A stretch of DNA of 64,000 bases from Raillietiella orientalis (lineage: Eukaryota). Below are positions 38,601 to 63,477 of the stretch, one piece after another. A program made the translations under genes and the position numbers. Position 1 is the first letter of the stretch. Each line of letters starts with the position of its first letter. The stretch is from NCBI GenBank assembly GCA_036172245.1, contig JAYWIR010000016.1, forward strand, positions 3,472,001 to 3,536,000, given 5' to 3'. The notes under the pieces are model-generated. The model saw only the letters and a program-made list of their open reading frames with translations, was not told the DNA's origin and searched no databases.

Positions 38601-41600
38601 GCCGCGCTCTTTCGTCGCAAAAGCTTTTGGTGGCTCGGAAAGAGGGCGCACACACACTGTGTATGTGCGCCTTTTTCCCCATGCCTTGTGTGTGTGTGTG
38701 TGTGTCGCTGCTGTTGTTTTTTCAACACACGCGCATGCGCAAGACACACTTTGTGGAGGATGGCTTCTTGCATTCTCTACAGTGCTACTCGTGAAAATAG
38801 TTTTTCCGACCCAAGCCTGAAAGAGGAGTAGCAAATAGGCGCCGTGCGTCCCATCGGTTTCCAGTTGTTGCCGTGGACGACGGGACCGAGCAGTGGCCCC
38901 TCGCTCGTGGAAGAACAAGATGGAGTGGATGCCTGCAAAACGCTTCGCGTTCGTCACATGTGTGCTTTTGTCGTGCCTTCATCGAGAACGGTTGGCATTT
39001 CGACGGGACACGCAGCACGCGAGGATGTGCTGCAATCTGCGCGACGCACGCTGAACGGATGGAAATCGAATACACATCCGACTGACTCACCTGAAATCGC
39101 AGGCGCGTCCAAGGAAAAGCTGTCAGCTTGCGAGAGCGAAACCTCATGGGTAAACGGGAAGCTGGAGCGGACCTCTGCTTGGAGCGGGATCAGACTTGGG
39201 TCCCTGAGCTCTTGCAGCCTCCCGACCAGCCGCGAAGACAACGCGGAAGTGAAGGGGAAGAAGAAGAAGAAGAAGGAAAGCACGGTGCAGCAGAGACGTA
39301 CGCCCTCCCTTCTTCCCGCTCCCTTTTTCCCGCATCCATTCGCTCGTGCCCGTCTGATCCGACGAATGCGTTGCCATCCTCGGCAGCTCCTTTAAGTTCT
39401 GCCCCCGCCGAAGTGCGCAATTCCCGCAGGTCTGTGTTCCCTCTGGAGACTTGCGATAATCTGGCGGCAGTTTAGCATATGCTTTCTTGGTGCAGGCAGG
39501 AATTAAGCCCACGCCGATATCGTTACCGGGAGTTCGTTGCTATGAGATCATCAAACACACACACGGCGAGCGCGAAAACGAAAGCGTGATTTATGGGGGA
39601 GGTGCGCGCACGCCGAGGTGTGTGTTGCACAAACGCTCAGTGCTCCATAAAAGTTCCGCCTCCCCTCAGGCGCTCAAGGGTTTACCTGTTCGCATCCAGT
39701 TTGGAACAAGCGTCAGCTGGACAAAGCAAAACGTTGAGGGGAAGGCTGGACCACAGATAAGTACTAGCTAAAAGTTACCACCCCTCGCGCGCGGACAGTG
39801 ATCTCAATCGATAATACATAAAAACTCGTTGGGTGCGGAGATTTTTCCTAGTAAATTCCTGTGTTTCCAGCATGTTTTTTTTTCTTTTTTTCCCTTTTTT
39901 TCCCTTTTTTCTTCTTTTTTACGTCGAAACGGTATGTTTAGGGACTCGTGGGCGAACAGGAACGGTGGTCGCTGCGATACCGAACTGTTCCCGAAGAGCA
40001 GGCGTCGGGATTTCGTAGGACCACGTGCCCTAAGGCTGCAGTTTCCATTTACAGAGCTCCTTCCGCAGTTATGAGTGGGAGCAGGTGGCTTGCGTTGCGT
40101 GGAAACCGACAAATCTGCGACGGTTTTGAAATAATGGTCTGAGGCAAAACATTCGCAATGCGGGCGCGCGGGTTGGGTGCACGCTGTCGCGCGCAGCACG
40201 CAAGAAGTACGTTCGAAAGTTGAATACCGCGGAAGAGTACATGCTTCAGCGTGTGTACTTGCGTTTTCTGGACAGAGAGGACACGCAGCAGGGTCCAGCT
40301 GGATCCGTCGCAGGCGGGACCGGCAGGCGCTTCGGGTTCCCCCGTTCCCGGAATCCTCTCTCTCCCCTTCCCCCCCCCCCCCAATCCCCCCCAATCCCCT
40401 CCGAAAGAAGGCCGGTTCGTCCGCGGAAGAGTCCCTGTTGCTTGACATTTAGCCCACGGCCACAGGCGGAGCTGTTGATGCGGGCGGAGATCCAGAGTCG
40501 TGCACGGGATCACACGATCGATCCGTGCTGTGTACGTGAACGTGTCGGTCGGCAAGCAAAAAGACGTACGCTTGCCGTGCGTGCACTCGGATGACACCCC
40601 GGTGGAACAGAGCAGCACAGATAGATCATTCAGGGTTACCACTGAGGAATGGGGGATTTTTCCGTAATGGAGCAATTTTTTCAGGACGAAGATGGAGCTG
40701 ATTATGGTGTTCTGTCATAATTGCATTGTGTAACTGCTTGCCCAGGAATTTCAGTGTATGTGCTCCGTGCGCACGTATTTGCAGACGTGCATTTTGCATT
40801 ACGCGTTGTATGTGTGGGAGAGAACGACCTTCCTCGGAAAACACTTGGCGCAGTGCAGTAGGAAAAAAAAAAAAAAAAAAATGTGAAGAATCGCGTAGTG
40901 CTTGGTGTTTGTGTCCCTTCTCCCTCTCTCCCCCCCCTTCAAAGTACAGCCCATCAAGGTGGCAGGTAACGAAGGGTTCCCGCCGCGCGGAAGTGCATCC
41001 CTCATTACGTCTGCTCTTTCCGCAGAAAGGGCTTCGGAGGATTGAGCGTGCGTAGTCCTCGGAACTGCCGTCTCCGCGCGAAGGACAACCAAAAGGACTA
41101 TGGCAGCACGCCAAACCCTAATCCAGCTTCTTCAAGCCGAACCGATGGAGAAGTGGGGGGGGGGAGAGGGGAGCGAGCGAGAGGAAAGAGGGAGCGAGCG
41201 GGAGAAGGGTTTATTGTTATTCGTTTCCCGAAGTTCACTGCGGGGATGAGGGCGCCAGAGAGCTGCGTGGACTGCCCCTTCATTCACTCATGCAACGGAG
41301 TGGGCGGTGGCCACCTCTCCCATTGCAAGGCGACAGTACCTAAGCTTGAGGCTGAGGAGGAATAGCTGAGGATTCTGCAGCCAAGGGATCTGGAGCATAT
41401 GAGAGTTCACAGAGTTCATCAGCTCGGATCAGGGGTCGACTCATCTTCTCCCTTTCCCCATCCTTTCCTGTCCTCCCTTGGCGCTCACGCCGGAGTGGGC
41501 ACGAAGGGAGCGAGGAGGAGGGAGACGGTGAGGAGTGTCACAGGCAGGAGTGCTACGTAAGCACGGATCGCGCACCCATCAATCAACCACCACAGCGTGG

Positions 41601-43494
41601 TGTGCAGCAGGCGCCGCCGCGGGAGGAGACACTCGGATGCTCTGGCTTGTGGCATCAGGGGTGACCTTCCGATGGGTTTCGTTTTTCTCGGGCGATCAGG
41701 AAGTGTTCTGAGATGCCCGGGCAACACACAAAGTCCGTCACGGAGGCGAGGGAGGGTCCGGAGGAGTACCGAAGCAGACTCATCACGAGTGGTTCGAGCT
41801 GAGACGCAGAGGGGGAGGAGAGGAGGTTGGCTCTTCGGCGTCGAGCGGCGGCGCTCCGAGTTCTGCCCCCTCCCCGGTGCGTTCCTCTGCAGCCCCACAC
41901 GCCCGAAGCTGCTCGAGTCAAACGTTTGGGGTCACTTACGCCGCTGTCGAACCGACGAACGTCGAACCTTTCCGAAGACTGAGCGACAGAAAACAAGCGA
42001 CGTGTCCCGTTCTTTGCCGAAGGGCACCTCCTCTCTTCTTTCACCGCCGTTCTCCAGCCATTCTCTTTTCTCCTCGTTTCACCTCATCTGCCCTGAAGCT
42101 GCATCCGATTCCGCGGGATCCTCCCGTCCACCCTCCGAGCCGGAGCGATGGTGCCTCGGAAGAGATTTTTCATCGCGCAGGGCGACGGCGTGACCACCCC
42201 ACGCATGCGGGGCGTCGTCGCGGAGAGAACCGTCCGAGCATCGGACGAAGATTAACGTCTACCGTAACGGCCGCTGACCGAGGAGGAGGGATTGTCGTGC
42301 CGCGGGGTGGGATGTGGACGGTTCGGCGGAACACCCACCTCCCGCACGGAGGAAAGGATGAAGAGTAGGAAGGAGGACCTAGGGGGGAAATAGGTGTGGG
42401 AAGCGGCCGTAGTCGTTTCCGGGCGCCCTCGTGGAGCCGTAACGCGTCACGGCTTGCAGATCCCGCCTTCCAAAGGGCCGCTTTCCGTGCACCGGAATTC
42501 GCTCTCACCCGGGATGTCGCCATCCCACCGACTTCGCTCGTGGTCCAGACGGATGTGCGTTCTCCCGGATTTCGGGCGGGCAAAAAACGTGCGGAACACT
42601 TCCTGTCCCAGCATATGCACCCGAAGAAGAGGAACACAGCGTTGCATTATTTTCGGAGAGCCGAAACCGCATGTTTTGATGTTCTCATGCGGATATCTGT
42701 AAACACGAGAAAAGAAGAAGGGGGGAGGAAGAGACCGGCAGATGAAACCCGAAGCATCAAGAAGCCGATCACGATGCAAACACAGAAGAGGCGAAAGCGC
42801 TTTTCGAAAAACACGATGGCGCTGCCTGCGTGTCTTGCATTTTGCTTTTGTTTTTGTTCGCATCCCTGATCAAGCATTTTGCGCAACCGGTGGGTTCGGG
42901 AAGGTGTTCCGTTTGCAGGCAGAGGTTCCAAGGAACGTCGTTCCACGTTCCTCGGAAGCTTTCGTTCCTGCCCCGAGATGTGTGTGTGTGTGAAATGCCT
43001 CTGCGATCGGTGTGTGTGACGTTGCGTTCCTTGGAGACGTCCGTTCCGGTCAACACGATCTCCCTTCCTTGGAGACCTGACTCTGCGTGGCCCGGTGTCA
43101 CACATCGGGGGGGGGAAGGAAAAAAAAAAAAGAAAAACAAGCGCAGAAAGCGAAGCTCATTAGCGCAGGAACGAATGGGGAAAAATCAAATCAAACAAGA
43201 AGTTTCAGCAGCAGCATCCCCGGCGTGCACCTCGGAGTGCATTTCATTAGGATGCCGTTTGTCTGTTTGCGTGGCTTTGCTTTGCTTTGTTTTTCTTCTT
43301 CTTTTTGTTTTTCTGCTTTCGTAATTTTCTGTTCCCCCCCCCCCCCCCGCGCGCTCCTCATCACTCGTTTAACGATTTTCCATGTTCCAGCAGCACTCCC
43401 ACGTCGGCCTTCGAGACAGAGATGCCTCGGTGTGTGCGATCGGATCCTCGGATGGGAGCCTCGTCGGAAGAATCGTCTGCGAGGCGTGCTTTCA

Positions 43495-43527
<33 letters not shown>
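43495..43527. repeat. (CGT)11 microsatellite
   Basis: Direct reading. Confidence 0.97.
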
Positions 43528-43528
<1 letters not shown>

Positions 43529-44674
43529 CACATCTTTCGTGCCGTTCGTCGGGATGGTTTTCGTTTTGTGCACGGAGATTGGTAGTGAAAGCATGCGGAC
43601 ACACTTTCACTCTCCCTGCGGCACGTTGCAACTCGTGTGTTCGTGATATCAGTAAACCACGGCCACGTTCTGAATCAGCAACATCCAAAGGCCTTCAGAC
43701 GTTATCTTTTCGGCGAATTTCTGTCGGAATATTTGCATTCTCCTTAACATTCCAGCTGATTCCTGACTCCTTATCTTTCGTTCCAGCATTCGGGTGCTGC
43801 GATTGGTTCCCGGGTTCCAGCAACCTGGAAACCAGGGGCTCCTCTTCCTCCCGTGTAATGATTGAGTGTCCTGGTGCAAGAACCACGAATGCTCCCGGAA
43901 GCAAACACGCATCCGTCTCCTTATCCCTCGTTCGTCGCATCTCTCTTTGCGTTCGCCCACGCGAAACGGAGGAAAAAGAGAATGAAACACCGTTTCCATC
44001 TTGCTGTCGAAGATCTGTAGTGCACCCTCCCGTGAAGATGCTCGCACGGCTGCCTGAGCTTAGAGAGGATGAAGTTGGCTCCTCCGCTTTTGGTTCCATG
44101 CGCCGAACCTCTGGGGCAGGAAGGAAACGACGGATCCCACAGGAACAAGACGGAATGCTTCATCTTTCCGTGCTTTACCGCTTTGTTATTCATTGGAGAC
44201 GTGGAGCCGCCGTGTTCTTCCCGGCGGCTCTCTGCGGTTGCTTGGGAACGCCGCCGCTCTCGCTTTGCTCCTCGACTGATCCTGCAGGGATCGAGAAGGC
44301 GCGAGCTGGCGAAGAGGAGGTGCTCGTCCTCCCGAGCCAAGCCCTCTCTTACCGAAGAGAACATTTGATGAGTTGGGGGGGGGGGGGTCGAGGGGCCCGG
44401 GTCCGTCCGCACAGGCTGAAAAATTCTCGGAAAAGAGTTCCTGCCGCATTGCCTGCAGACCGTCCCTTTCTCTCTACTTCGTGCTCTCGGGCTCCCTCTA
44501 TCGAAGGTTCCCTCGCCTCGCTTGAACTTGGGCGAGCCATCGGCGCGCTTGGGATCACAGGGAAGCAACGTGTAGACCCCTCCCGGGCACGAGGCTTCCT
44601 CTGCCTACCAAGAGAGGCGCACCCTATCCCCCTCTCCTAAGCTTGCGTTGAGTTGAGTAGGGGGGGGGGGAGAG

Positions 44675-44678
<4 letters not shown>

Positions 44679-44708
<30 letters not shown>
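44679..44708. repeat. (GA)15 microsatellite
   Basis: Direct reading. Confidence 0.96.
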
Positions 44709-44712
<4 letters not shown>

Positions 44713-47700
44713 CAAAAACAAGCATCGATGATGACCTCCGGAGACTGTCAGACGTTATTTCGTGACTTGGAGCGAGCGTTCCACTGCACGATCTCCCTGA
44801 GCAGCGAGACCAACGGACGACGACGACGCATTCCGCACCTCCTGCGGTGCAGTGTACAGCAAAGCTACGAAAATTGGAGGACTGCCAACGGAAACAAAAA
44901 CAAACCAACAAATCAACAACCAAAGGAGCGCACGGCACACAATCTGCCAATCCCCCCACGCGGACTCGGAACGCAGGAGCCTTCCTCCCCCCTCCCTCCC
45001 TCCCTCCTTCCTTCCTGGAGCCTTGGCTGGGGAAAAAACTTTTGTCTCGTTCCCGTCGCAACTGCCCGTAACGAGCGCTCCCCATTGCACACACACACAC
45101 ACACACCTCTCGCTCCCTCCCTCCCTCTCTTCCCTCCTTTCGCCTCTTTGCCGCTCCTCCTCCGCTGCTGCTCGTTTCCGCGACCGCGGCTTCCGGCCTG
45201 CCGGTGGTGGATCGGCCGATTCGCCTCGCCGACCGCACCGTCCATTCACGTACGGCACGCCGTTGCTGACGTAGCGGAAGCGGATCCGAGACCCACGGTG
45301 CCCAACGCTGGGAAGGGGATAAAAGGCGCAGCTGAGACGCGTTCGTTTCCCGGGTCGCACACGGAATGTTTATTGCGCCCAGCTTGGAACAGCGTGACCA
45401 CGAGAGATCCCTCTTGGGCAGGGAAGGAAGGAATAAAAACGAAACGAAAAAACACAGAGAGAGAGCGCGAGGAGGAAAGGGGGGGAGGGAAGGAATTCTT
45501 CACGCACTCCACGGTGGTCGGCATTGCTGGGAAAAAGGTCCTTTCAAGATCCTCCGGAGATAAGAAAGGAACATCGTCCCACCACAGTGCAGTCGTATAA
45601 ATGAGCGCTGGAATTGTTCTTCCGCCATGGCGCCCCCCCCCCCCCCACGCTCGCAAGCATCACCACCGGTCTGCGTCCCCACCCCAGCGTCCACCAAGTG
45701 CGTTTCTGCGCGCGTGTTGCTGCTGCTGCTGCTGTCTCTTCCATTTTCCCTTCCGTTTCGCGAAGGTTCGAGGTGCGTCGTCGTCGTGTTACGATTGTCC
45801 CCCCATCTCGCGCAGGCGGAATGCACCACCGCGTTGTCATTTCGGGCTCGCACGCGCACCTCTCCGCGTGCTCCGCTGCTGCCCCCTCCAGGTTTGTGTT
45901 TGCCTCCCGTCTGGGGACACGCGAGGATCGCACGAAACCGCTGCCGCCTTTACGACCCGCACCTGGACGGGCGCGCAAGAGGAGGGCGAAGAGTTCCGCG
46001 GTACCTGCCGCAGACTTTTACCAAGAGGCCCGCGAGGCGCCCCCCGGTTCGAGGCTTGCGCGGGGGGAAGATTTCCGCAAGCATCTGTGCATCACTCCTC
46101 GCGAGGGGGGGGGGGGGGGGGGAGTCGCATCCCGGCGACGGTTTCCGTACCGCCTGAAGGCTGGTGGCGGTGGTCTGTGCGAACGGGTGGCTCCGTGGAC
46201 ATCCCCCGAAGGGGACCCGGTCTTTCCCAGGCGGATTGCGAGCGCTTCGCCGAGCCCGGCGTCCGGTGGATGCGCCCCGGACGCGGATGGTGTCGGAGGA
46301 GGGGAGCAGGTCGTCGGCGTGAATGGGACGGGGAGGAGCGGGCCGTAGTGGGCGCGAACTTGAGGTACTCCGCCACCCCTCCTCCCCGCTTGCACCCCCT
46401 CTCCGGCTGGTTGAACCGACCGGCGGCGAAGCACTCGGGCGGACCAGCGTCCGCAGGCGGAGAAGCAGATGGACTCCTCCCCCTCGCCCTGTCCTGCCCG
46501 TTAGCCCTCGGGCCGAGCGCTACCGCGCCCTCTCAGCCCGCCGTCCCGGTCTGAGCGGAGCCCGAGGCCCGCACGTGCGACGACCCGCGTTTCGGGTGGG
46601 GCTCGTCCTCACGGTGCCGCCGCGCTGCCTGGTGCGGGCGCTGCGCAGCCTCTCCTGGAAGGTCGCCGAGGGTCAGCAGACGAGGAAGGAGGTCTCCTCC
46701 ACCCCCCCCCCCCTCTTCCCCCATCCCTCCTCAACAAAAGAACGGGGGAAGATGAGGCGGAGGGAGCATATGCTGGTGACGTCAAAAGAAGGGGAGGCAG
46801 GGGTGAGTCCTCCGAGAATTCCACGTCCAGAAGGGGGAGGGGAGGGGGATAGCCGCATTCGCGTGTCTCAGGATAGCGGCATTGTGCCTCCGGGATGCCC
46901 TCCCTCCCTCCTCTTCTTTTGATCCCTCCGGGCTGCCGGACCATGGCGCTCTCGGGGTGGACGAGCGAGCACTGCGAGACCTCTCCGCTCCGGGGTCCCT
47001 GCCGAGCCTCAGGGACAGACGAGCACCCTACCTGTCCCGCGTCCATCTCCGGCGCTTTCGGGATCGCCCCTCCGAGCCCCCTCTCTTGCGCACGACGCGC
47101 AGGGCCCCGCCGCGGACGACCCCACCTCTTGTGGGAGATCGAGCTTTTGGAACCGCGGGAGAAGGTCAAGGAGGGGGCAAGACGGGGGGAGGGGAGGGAC
47201 ATGGTAGTATCGCTCTCCCCGTGTGTCCTCGCCGGCCGAGGACCTTCAGTGGCTGGGCGTCCCTCCGGCGGTGCGCACGTTCTCCAAGGCGCGGGCGGCG
47301 GTCGACCTTCGGCCTGCGGGAGAGGTCGCCGAGCCTCCGCTCTCTCGCCGCCGCCTGGGGGATGTCGGGCGGGCGGGGGAGGTTCGGTGCGGGACGAGGT
47401 CGGACGTCTCCCCCGCACGCGTGCGTGCGGGGGAGGGATGCTCCCGGAAGTGCCGGTGCGGATGGCCTGCCTCCTCCAGAGCTCCTCCCCTTTCCCCCCT
47501 GAGGCGCCTCCGGAGGAAGGAGCGGGGGCGTGAAGCACGGGCCGACTCCCGTCTCCGTGGAAACCTGCTCGCGGACAGCGTCCTCGCTCTCGTCCCGAAA
47601 GGACTATCCCCGAGGGCCGCCCTCCCCCTCCCCCCCATGCTCTTGCGAGCGTGCCCCCTTGGACCGCGAGCCACAGCTGCTTGGGCCGGGCATCTTTGGA

Positions 47701-49018
47701 CTGGGGCTTGTGGGGCCGAAGGATGATTCCTCTCTCCTCTCCCTTGCCGAACGCGCGTTTCCGCATCCGGGGAGGGACTTCAACGTCCTCCGCCTCCGCC
47801 TCCTCCTGCGACGAGCGCAGGACGCCGGAAGAGGAGGGCACGGAGGGGAGCCCGAGGGTGGGAGGAGCGAAGGAGGGAAGCGCGCCGGTGCTGCGATGGG
47901 TGAGACCTCCCGCGCAGAGGGCGGGCACTCTCCGACGGACGGGTCGCGACGGCGGCCTTTCGTCTCCTGCGGCAATTTCCTTCTGGCGGGCGGGAAGGGG
48001 GGATGCGCGCACGCCCGAGGGAAGGGAGGAAAGGAGCGACGACCAAGGTGCCGACCCGAGACCCCTCCGGGATAGTGCGTCGGGAGCCTCCTTGCAGGGG
48101 AGAGTGGAGGTGGACCACGCCCGCCGACCGGGAAGCACGGCGGCGCTCGTCCGGAGGCTTCCTGCGGCCCCTAACCTATCCCTCGCTCTCTCGTTGACTG
48201 CCCGCACGGCCCATAGGGGCCAAGGGGGCCCTTGGCAGCGGACGAGTCCCCCCGTCATGGGGGCATCCGCGTCCCCCTCTCTCCGGCTGCTTTCCTCCTG
48301 CGCGCGCGCTTTGAACCACGTCACTTCTCCATGCGGGGGAGGGAAGGGGGTGTATCCCATACCCCACCACGGGGTGGAAGGCGAGGGATGGGAAGAGGAA
48401 AGGGAGAGGCGGGGGGATGGAGCCAAGCGACCTCTTTCCGGCGCGCCGCCACGGGAGGAGGAGGAAGAGGCGAGGGTGGGCGGATCGCCTCCTTTTCTCT
48501 CCCACGCGCGATTTGTCCGCCTCGCGGCGGATTTTCCCGTAGGGAATGAGCGGTGGGCGAGTGGCGCGCCGAGAAGGCACCGCCACTTGGTAAGGGAGGA
48601 GGGACTTGACAAGGGTGGAAGGGGTCACAGCAGTACCGCTTGCGCTTCCCGGAACTCCCTCAGGGTTTCCCTGCTCTTCATTATCCCCGCCTTTTTCTTC
48701 TTCTTTTTTTTTTTTCGTTGTCGTCCCGCCGGCTGTGCGCCTGAAATCGCCGTTACCCCCCCTCTCCGACTCGCGTCACTCGGTCTCGATCGAGTCTCCA
48801 CCTCTCTTCCACCCCCCCCCCCCCCCTTCTTCCCCGACTTGATCGCTCGCGCTTCCGCGGCGTCCTCCGAGGAGGACGAGAGTTTGGCGGCGTCTGTTCC
48901 CCGGAGGGACGTCCCTGTCCCCGCCGGCGAGACAGTTCGGGAGCTGCGGACGGCTTCGAACAGGCGCGGAGGTCAATTCGTCTGATGCTCGCGTTCGCGC
49001 CCTTTTTCACGTGCGGTA

Positions 49019-49168
<150 letters not shown>

Positions 49169-49218
49169 AAGAAAGACGACGAGTCTCTCTCCCCCCTCCC
49201 CCAACTCCCCCCAGGCGT

Positions 49219-49234
49219 CGCGCGCGCGCGCGCG
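49219..49234. repeat. (CG)8 alternating tract
   Basis: Direct reading. Confidence 0.95.
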
Positions 49235-52200
49235 ACAGCACCTGCCTGCTCCGCCGCGGAGGATGCTCCCGCGGCATCTGCCGCCGCCGCCGCCCTGCGG
49301 ATCGAGCGGGCGTCGCGGGCCCCGAAGTGACGAAAGCCCAAGCGCGCGCCGCATTGTAGGTCGCGCCCGCCGAGCCGCTCCCGGCCCGCTCTCCCCCCGT
49401 CCGCCTCGATCCGAGGGGAATTCGGTCCTTTCATTCGTATCCTATTAATACGCGGATGCAACTGCCACGCGAAAAAAGACCCCGTAAGAATTCCCTCCCG
49501 CTCGGAGGCACACATTACAGATCATTTAATAAATGATGATTCATAAAGCTCGAAATTAGCACGCGCTCTCTCCCGGAACCCCCGGAATTCTCTCGAAATG
49601 ACCATCGGAACTGCCGCGGTTTCGCTCAGGGCGTCCACTTTGCCTTTTTTTTGTTCCCCCCCCCCCCCTATCATCCGCACTTCTTCGGAAGGCGCTTCGG
49701 AAATCACGAAGGAAACGCTGCAGCGTCTGCGGACTCTGCCCATCCTTTGCACCACGTGGTGGAACTTTGCGATGCCGCCCCCACCCCTCCCCTCCCTATT
49801 TCCGCTTTCGAATTTGGCATTGCGCGTCGATCGCGGCGGCGTCGCGACTCCTTTTTTTCGCCTCTCCCCCTCTTCTTTCCCGTCTCTCTCCCTCTCCCCC
49901 CCCCCCTCCTCCCCTTCCCCTTCCCCCGTTTGCATTATCTTTTCCTGCATTTCCGTTTGCTGGCCGCTTTCGGCGTGCTGCAGCAGCAGCGGGAGAGCAC
50001 CCGTGAAGCTGGCCGGAGGGAACGCCTGCCTGTGCACCCTTCGCGAAAGCGCACCGTTAGCCTTTCCGCTCCTTTTTTGCACTTCCTCCCCTCCCCCCTC
50101 CTGCCGAACCCACTCATAAGCTTCGAGTCTTTGTTTCTGTGAGCGCGCGCGCTTTGAACCACCTCCGAGCCTGGAGAACGGCGTGCCGCGGCTGACCTGT
50201 GGGCCCGGGGGGCGGGGGGGGGGGGAGGGTTGGGGCACATCCGAGAGTGTGTCCCCCCTTATCCTTCCGCCCCCACACACCCCAGCGTAATCCGTCCGCT
50301 TCGGGGTTGGGGAGGGAAAAGGGGGGGGGGGGAGAACCCTCGAAAATTCGAGAAATCGGCCACAGCGGGACGACGTGCGTGCGTGCGTGCGTGTGCGTGT
50401 GTGTGTGCCGTGCACGCGTGTCTCAGCCTCGCGGAGTTTCTCTTTTTGCTGCCTCTTCGATTTGCAGCAGCGGGAAGGAGCGTTTGCGCGTCCATGCGGG
50501 AGTGCTTTCATTATCGGCCCCCCTCCTCCCGAAAAATCAGGATCAATCCCTCAGCTATCGAGTACATCGTGTGGTGTACGAGCCCCCCCCCCCCTCCCTC
50601 CCTCCCCTGCCTTGCGACCGGCACAGGAAGGAGGAAGAAAGAAAGGGGTGGGAAACGGCACTGGGCTGTGGCCCATTCTCGTCTCGAGGGCACCACCACC
50701 ACCACCACCTTGGTTTACACGATGCAGCTGATGATTCCATATATATATATATATATATATTTGTACGAGCGCCCTGAAGAGCTTCCTGGTCGGTACACAC
50801 TCCCTCGTGAGCTTCGTGGTGACCCCGTGGGTCCCATGCATTCTGCACGCCGTCGCCTTTGCCCCATCGGGCTGGGGGGTCGAAGCGTTCCACAACAACA
50901 CGTTGAAAGTAAAGTTAAGCAACCTCCTACGAAGGGTTTGGCTCGAACAACCCCACCGACGTACGAAAACCGTACCAGTCTTCGGGAGAATCTCCGTTCC
51001 TTTTTTTTTTCCTTTTTTTTTTTTTTCTTTTTAATGAAAGCAGTAAACTTTACGTCACAGCACGCATGTGTTAATTAGAATTACAATTACTACAGCGGCA
51101 TCGAAGTGGGGCACCTTTCCGAGATGTTACTCGGAATGCGGAGTAAACGATTGCTTTGATATGTGAGTGAAACCATAATTGGATATTGACGCTTGGTGTA
51201 ACTGTTGTTAACCAATCAAAATAATTCCGCTTAACGTCATAGTGATTATCGTGATGTTTAACAACGGAAAATGTTTCGCTTTATATAACTGTTAATATTG
51301 CTACGATACGGTCCCCCCCCCCCTGGAAAAAAAAAAGAAAAACAGGAAAAAAGGCCGAGAAATCTGTAGTTAAATCCAAGTGAAAGGCATTTCTGTGTGC
51401 ATATTATATATCATTTTAGAATAGATGCTCCAGTTCGAGCTTCTTTCTATTGAACGTTAGTTGCGTCGAGGTTATTAACCGGTACTTTCAATTACACTGT
51501 GTCCCTGGCTGTCAGGTTTTGTTTGTGCTGTATTCAATATTTTTTTTGTGCTGTAAGAATATGTAATATACCATAAAACAACGTTCTGCCATCAGCATCA
51601 GTTTCTCTGTTGGAAAATGTGTGCACTGTTTTGGGTTTACGATTTTTCATGTACGTATAAATGCTGAAATGTGAAGTCTCAATGAAGCCTCTGTCGTAAA
51701 GTGAATACACTGTGTTCGGATGAAGGTTTTCACAAAATCAGTGTGTGAAAGAACATCACTGCCCAGAGTTATTTATAGGTCTTATTTTACTGGGAAAAGC
51801 TGTGTCGTTTATTACATTAAAAATCAGTAAGCGTATGGCTTTTCCCCGTGAAATTGAAGACCACAAAGTTCTTTCTAGATTTATGAAGAAGTATATTACA
51901 TTTGCAAGTGGTAACTAACTTTTTGAGATGTAAAAAATATAGTCTACTACTATCATTATTTGTTTGATACCCTTCTTAATAACATAGATGTCAAGTATAG
52001 TCAGTATTAAGACGGCTGACATTGAATATGTATTATGCATGATCCTTAACTTGCGACTTTCAATACACCCGTAAAAAACTGTAACTTTAACGATAACGCT
52101 AATTAAGAAGACAGTATTTTTGAAATCCTTAAAGTTGGTTTCGATTTTTGAAATAAATATTGCCTCAATTGTGCAACCTTTGAGTTTCAACGAAGTTTGC

Positions 52201-52942
52201 TTTTGAGAGAAAAAAGCCTGGCATGTGAATTGCGAGTGCATTTCATAGGTAGCTTAGGATTGCTACTTTAATAATCATATTTTGTCTGGCTGCATTTTTT
52301 ACTTGTGGTTTGCGATTTTATTATTCATCTCCTTTAACGTAAGAGCAAGAATGTTTTGTGATTCCTTAGATAGCACCATTGTATAAAAAGCTCCTTGTGT
52401 GTATGCTGATTCGAATTGCATGAGAAATACTAAACATTAATATTTAAATCCGAAGAAATGTAGTAAACTAGGATTTTATTGACCCCAAGTGTATGAAAGC
52501 TTTAATGACCTTACTATGAAAGTATGCATTCTGTAATTTGGCTTGTTGGCTGTAATTAATGAGGCAAATGTACATGATGTGACTAGTGAATAATAATGCC
52601 TTTGATCCTGATATCAGATGGTGCTACTAAACATGTTTTTGCAAATGTTTTGATATGAAATTGCTTTAGAGTTCATTTTGCAAGTTTTCATCTTCAGTGA
52701 AAAGTTAGATAAATTCAGAAAGTTGAATCAAAAGTAAATGCTGAAGCAGTTATTTTGAAAGTATTCTTGGAATCAAGTTACATGTGCTTAATTATTTCTA
52801 GTATCTAATTATTAAACTTGATTTTAGAGAACAATCATGATGTTTTCGTTATGCATTGCTTTTCAAATGTAATTTTGTTGTTGGTATCTGAGTAATGTTT
52901 TATATCAAGCTGTTTTTTTGTTTTTTTCCATTTCCAGGAAGC

Positions 52943-52975
52943 ATGTGTGATTTTTTATTTATTAAACATGAGTGA

Positions 52976-52979
<4 letters not shown>
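52943..52979 (+). promoter_or_regulatory. Two upstream ORFs at the kismet/CHD start codon
   Basis: ATG 52943 to TGA 52975 (MCDFLFIKHE) ends directly against ATG 52976. ATG 52968 to TGA 52979 (MSE) overlaps that ATG. Both lie after the strong acceptor TTTCCATTTCCAG at 52937. Confidence 0.6.

Positions 52980-63477
<10,498 letters not shown>

Noticed and set aside
41490..41802. Two 39-nt + strand GT..AG segments giving a short continuous frame
   Set aside because: Below the supported intron size range, no homology, and equally plausible patterns exist on the opposite strand.
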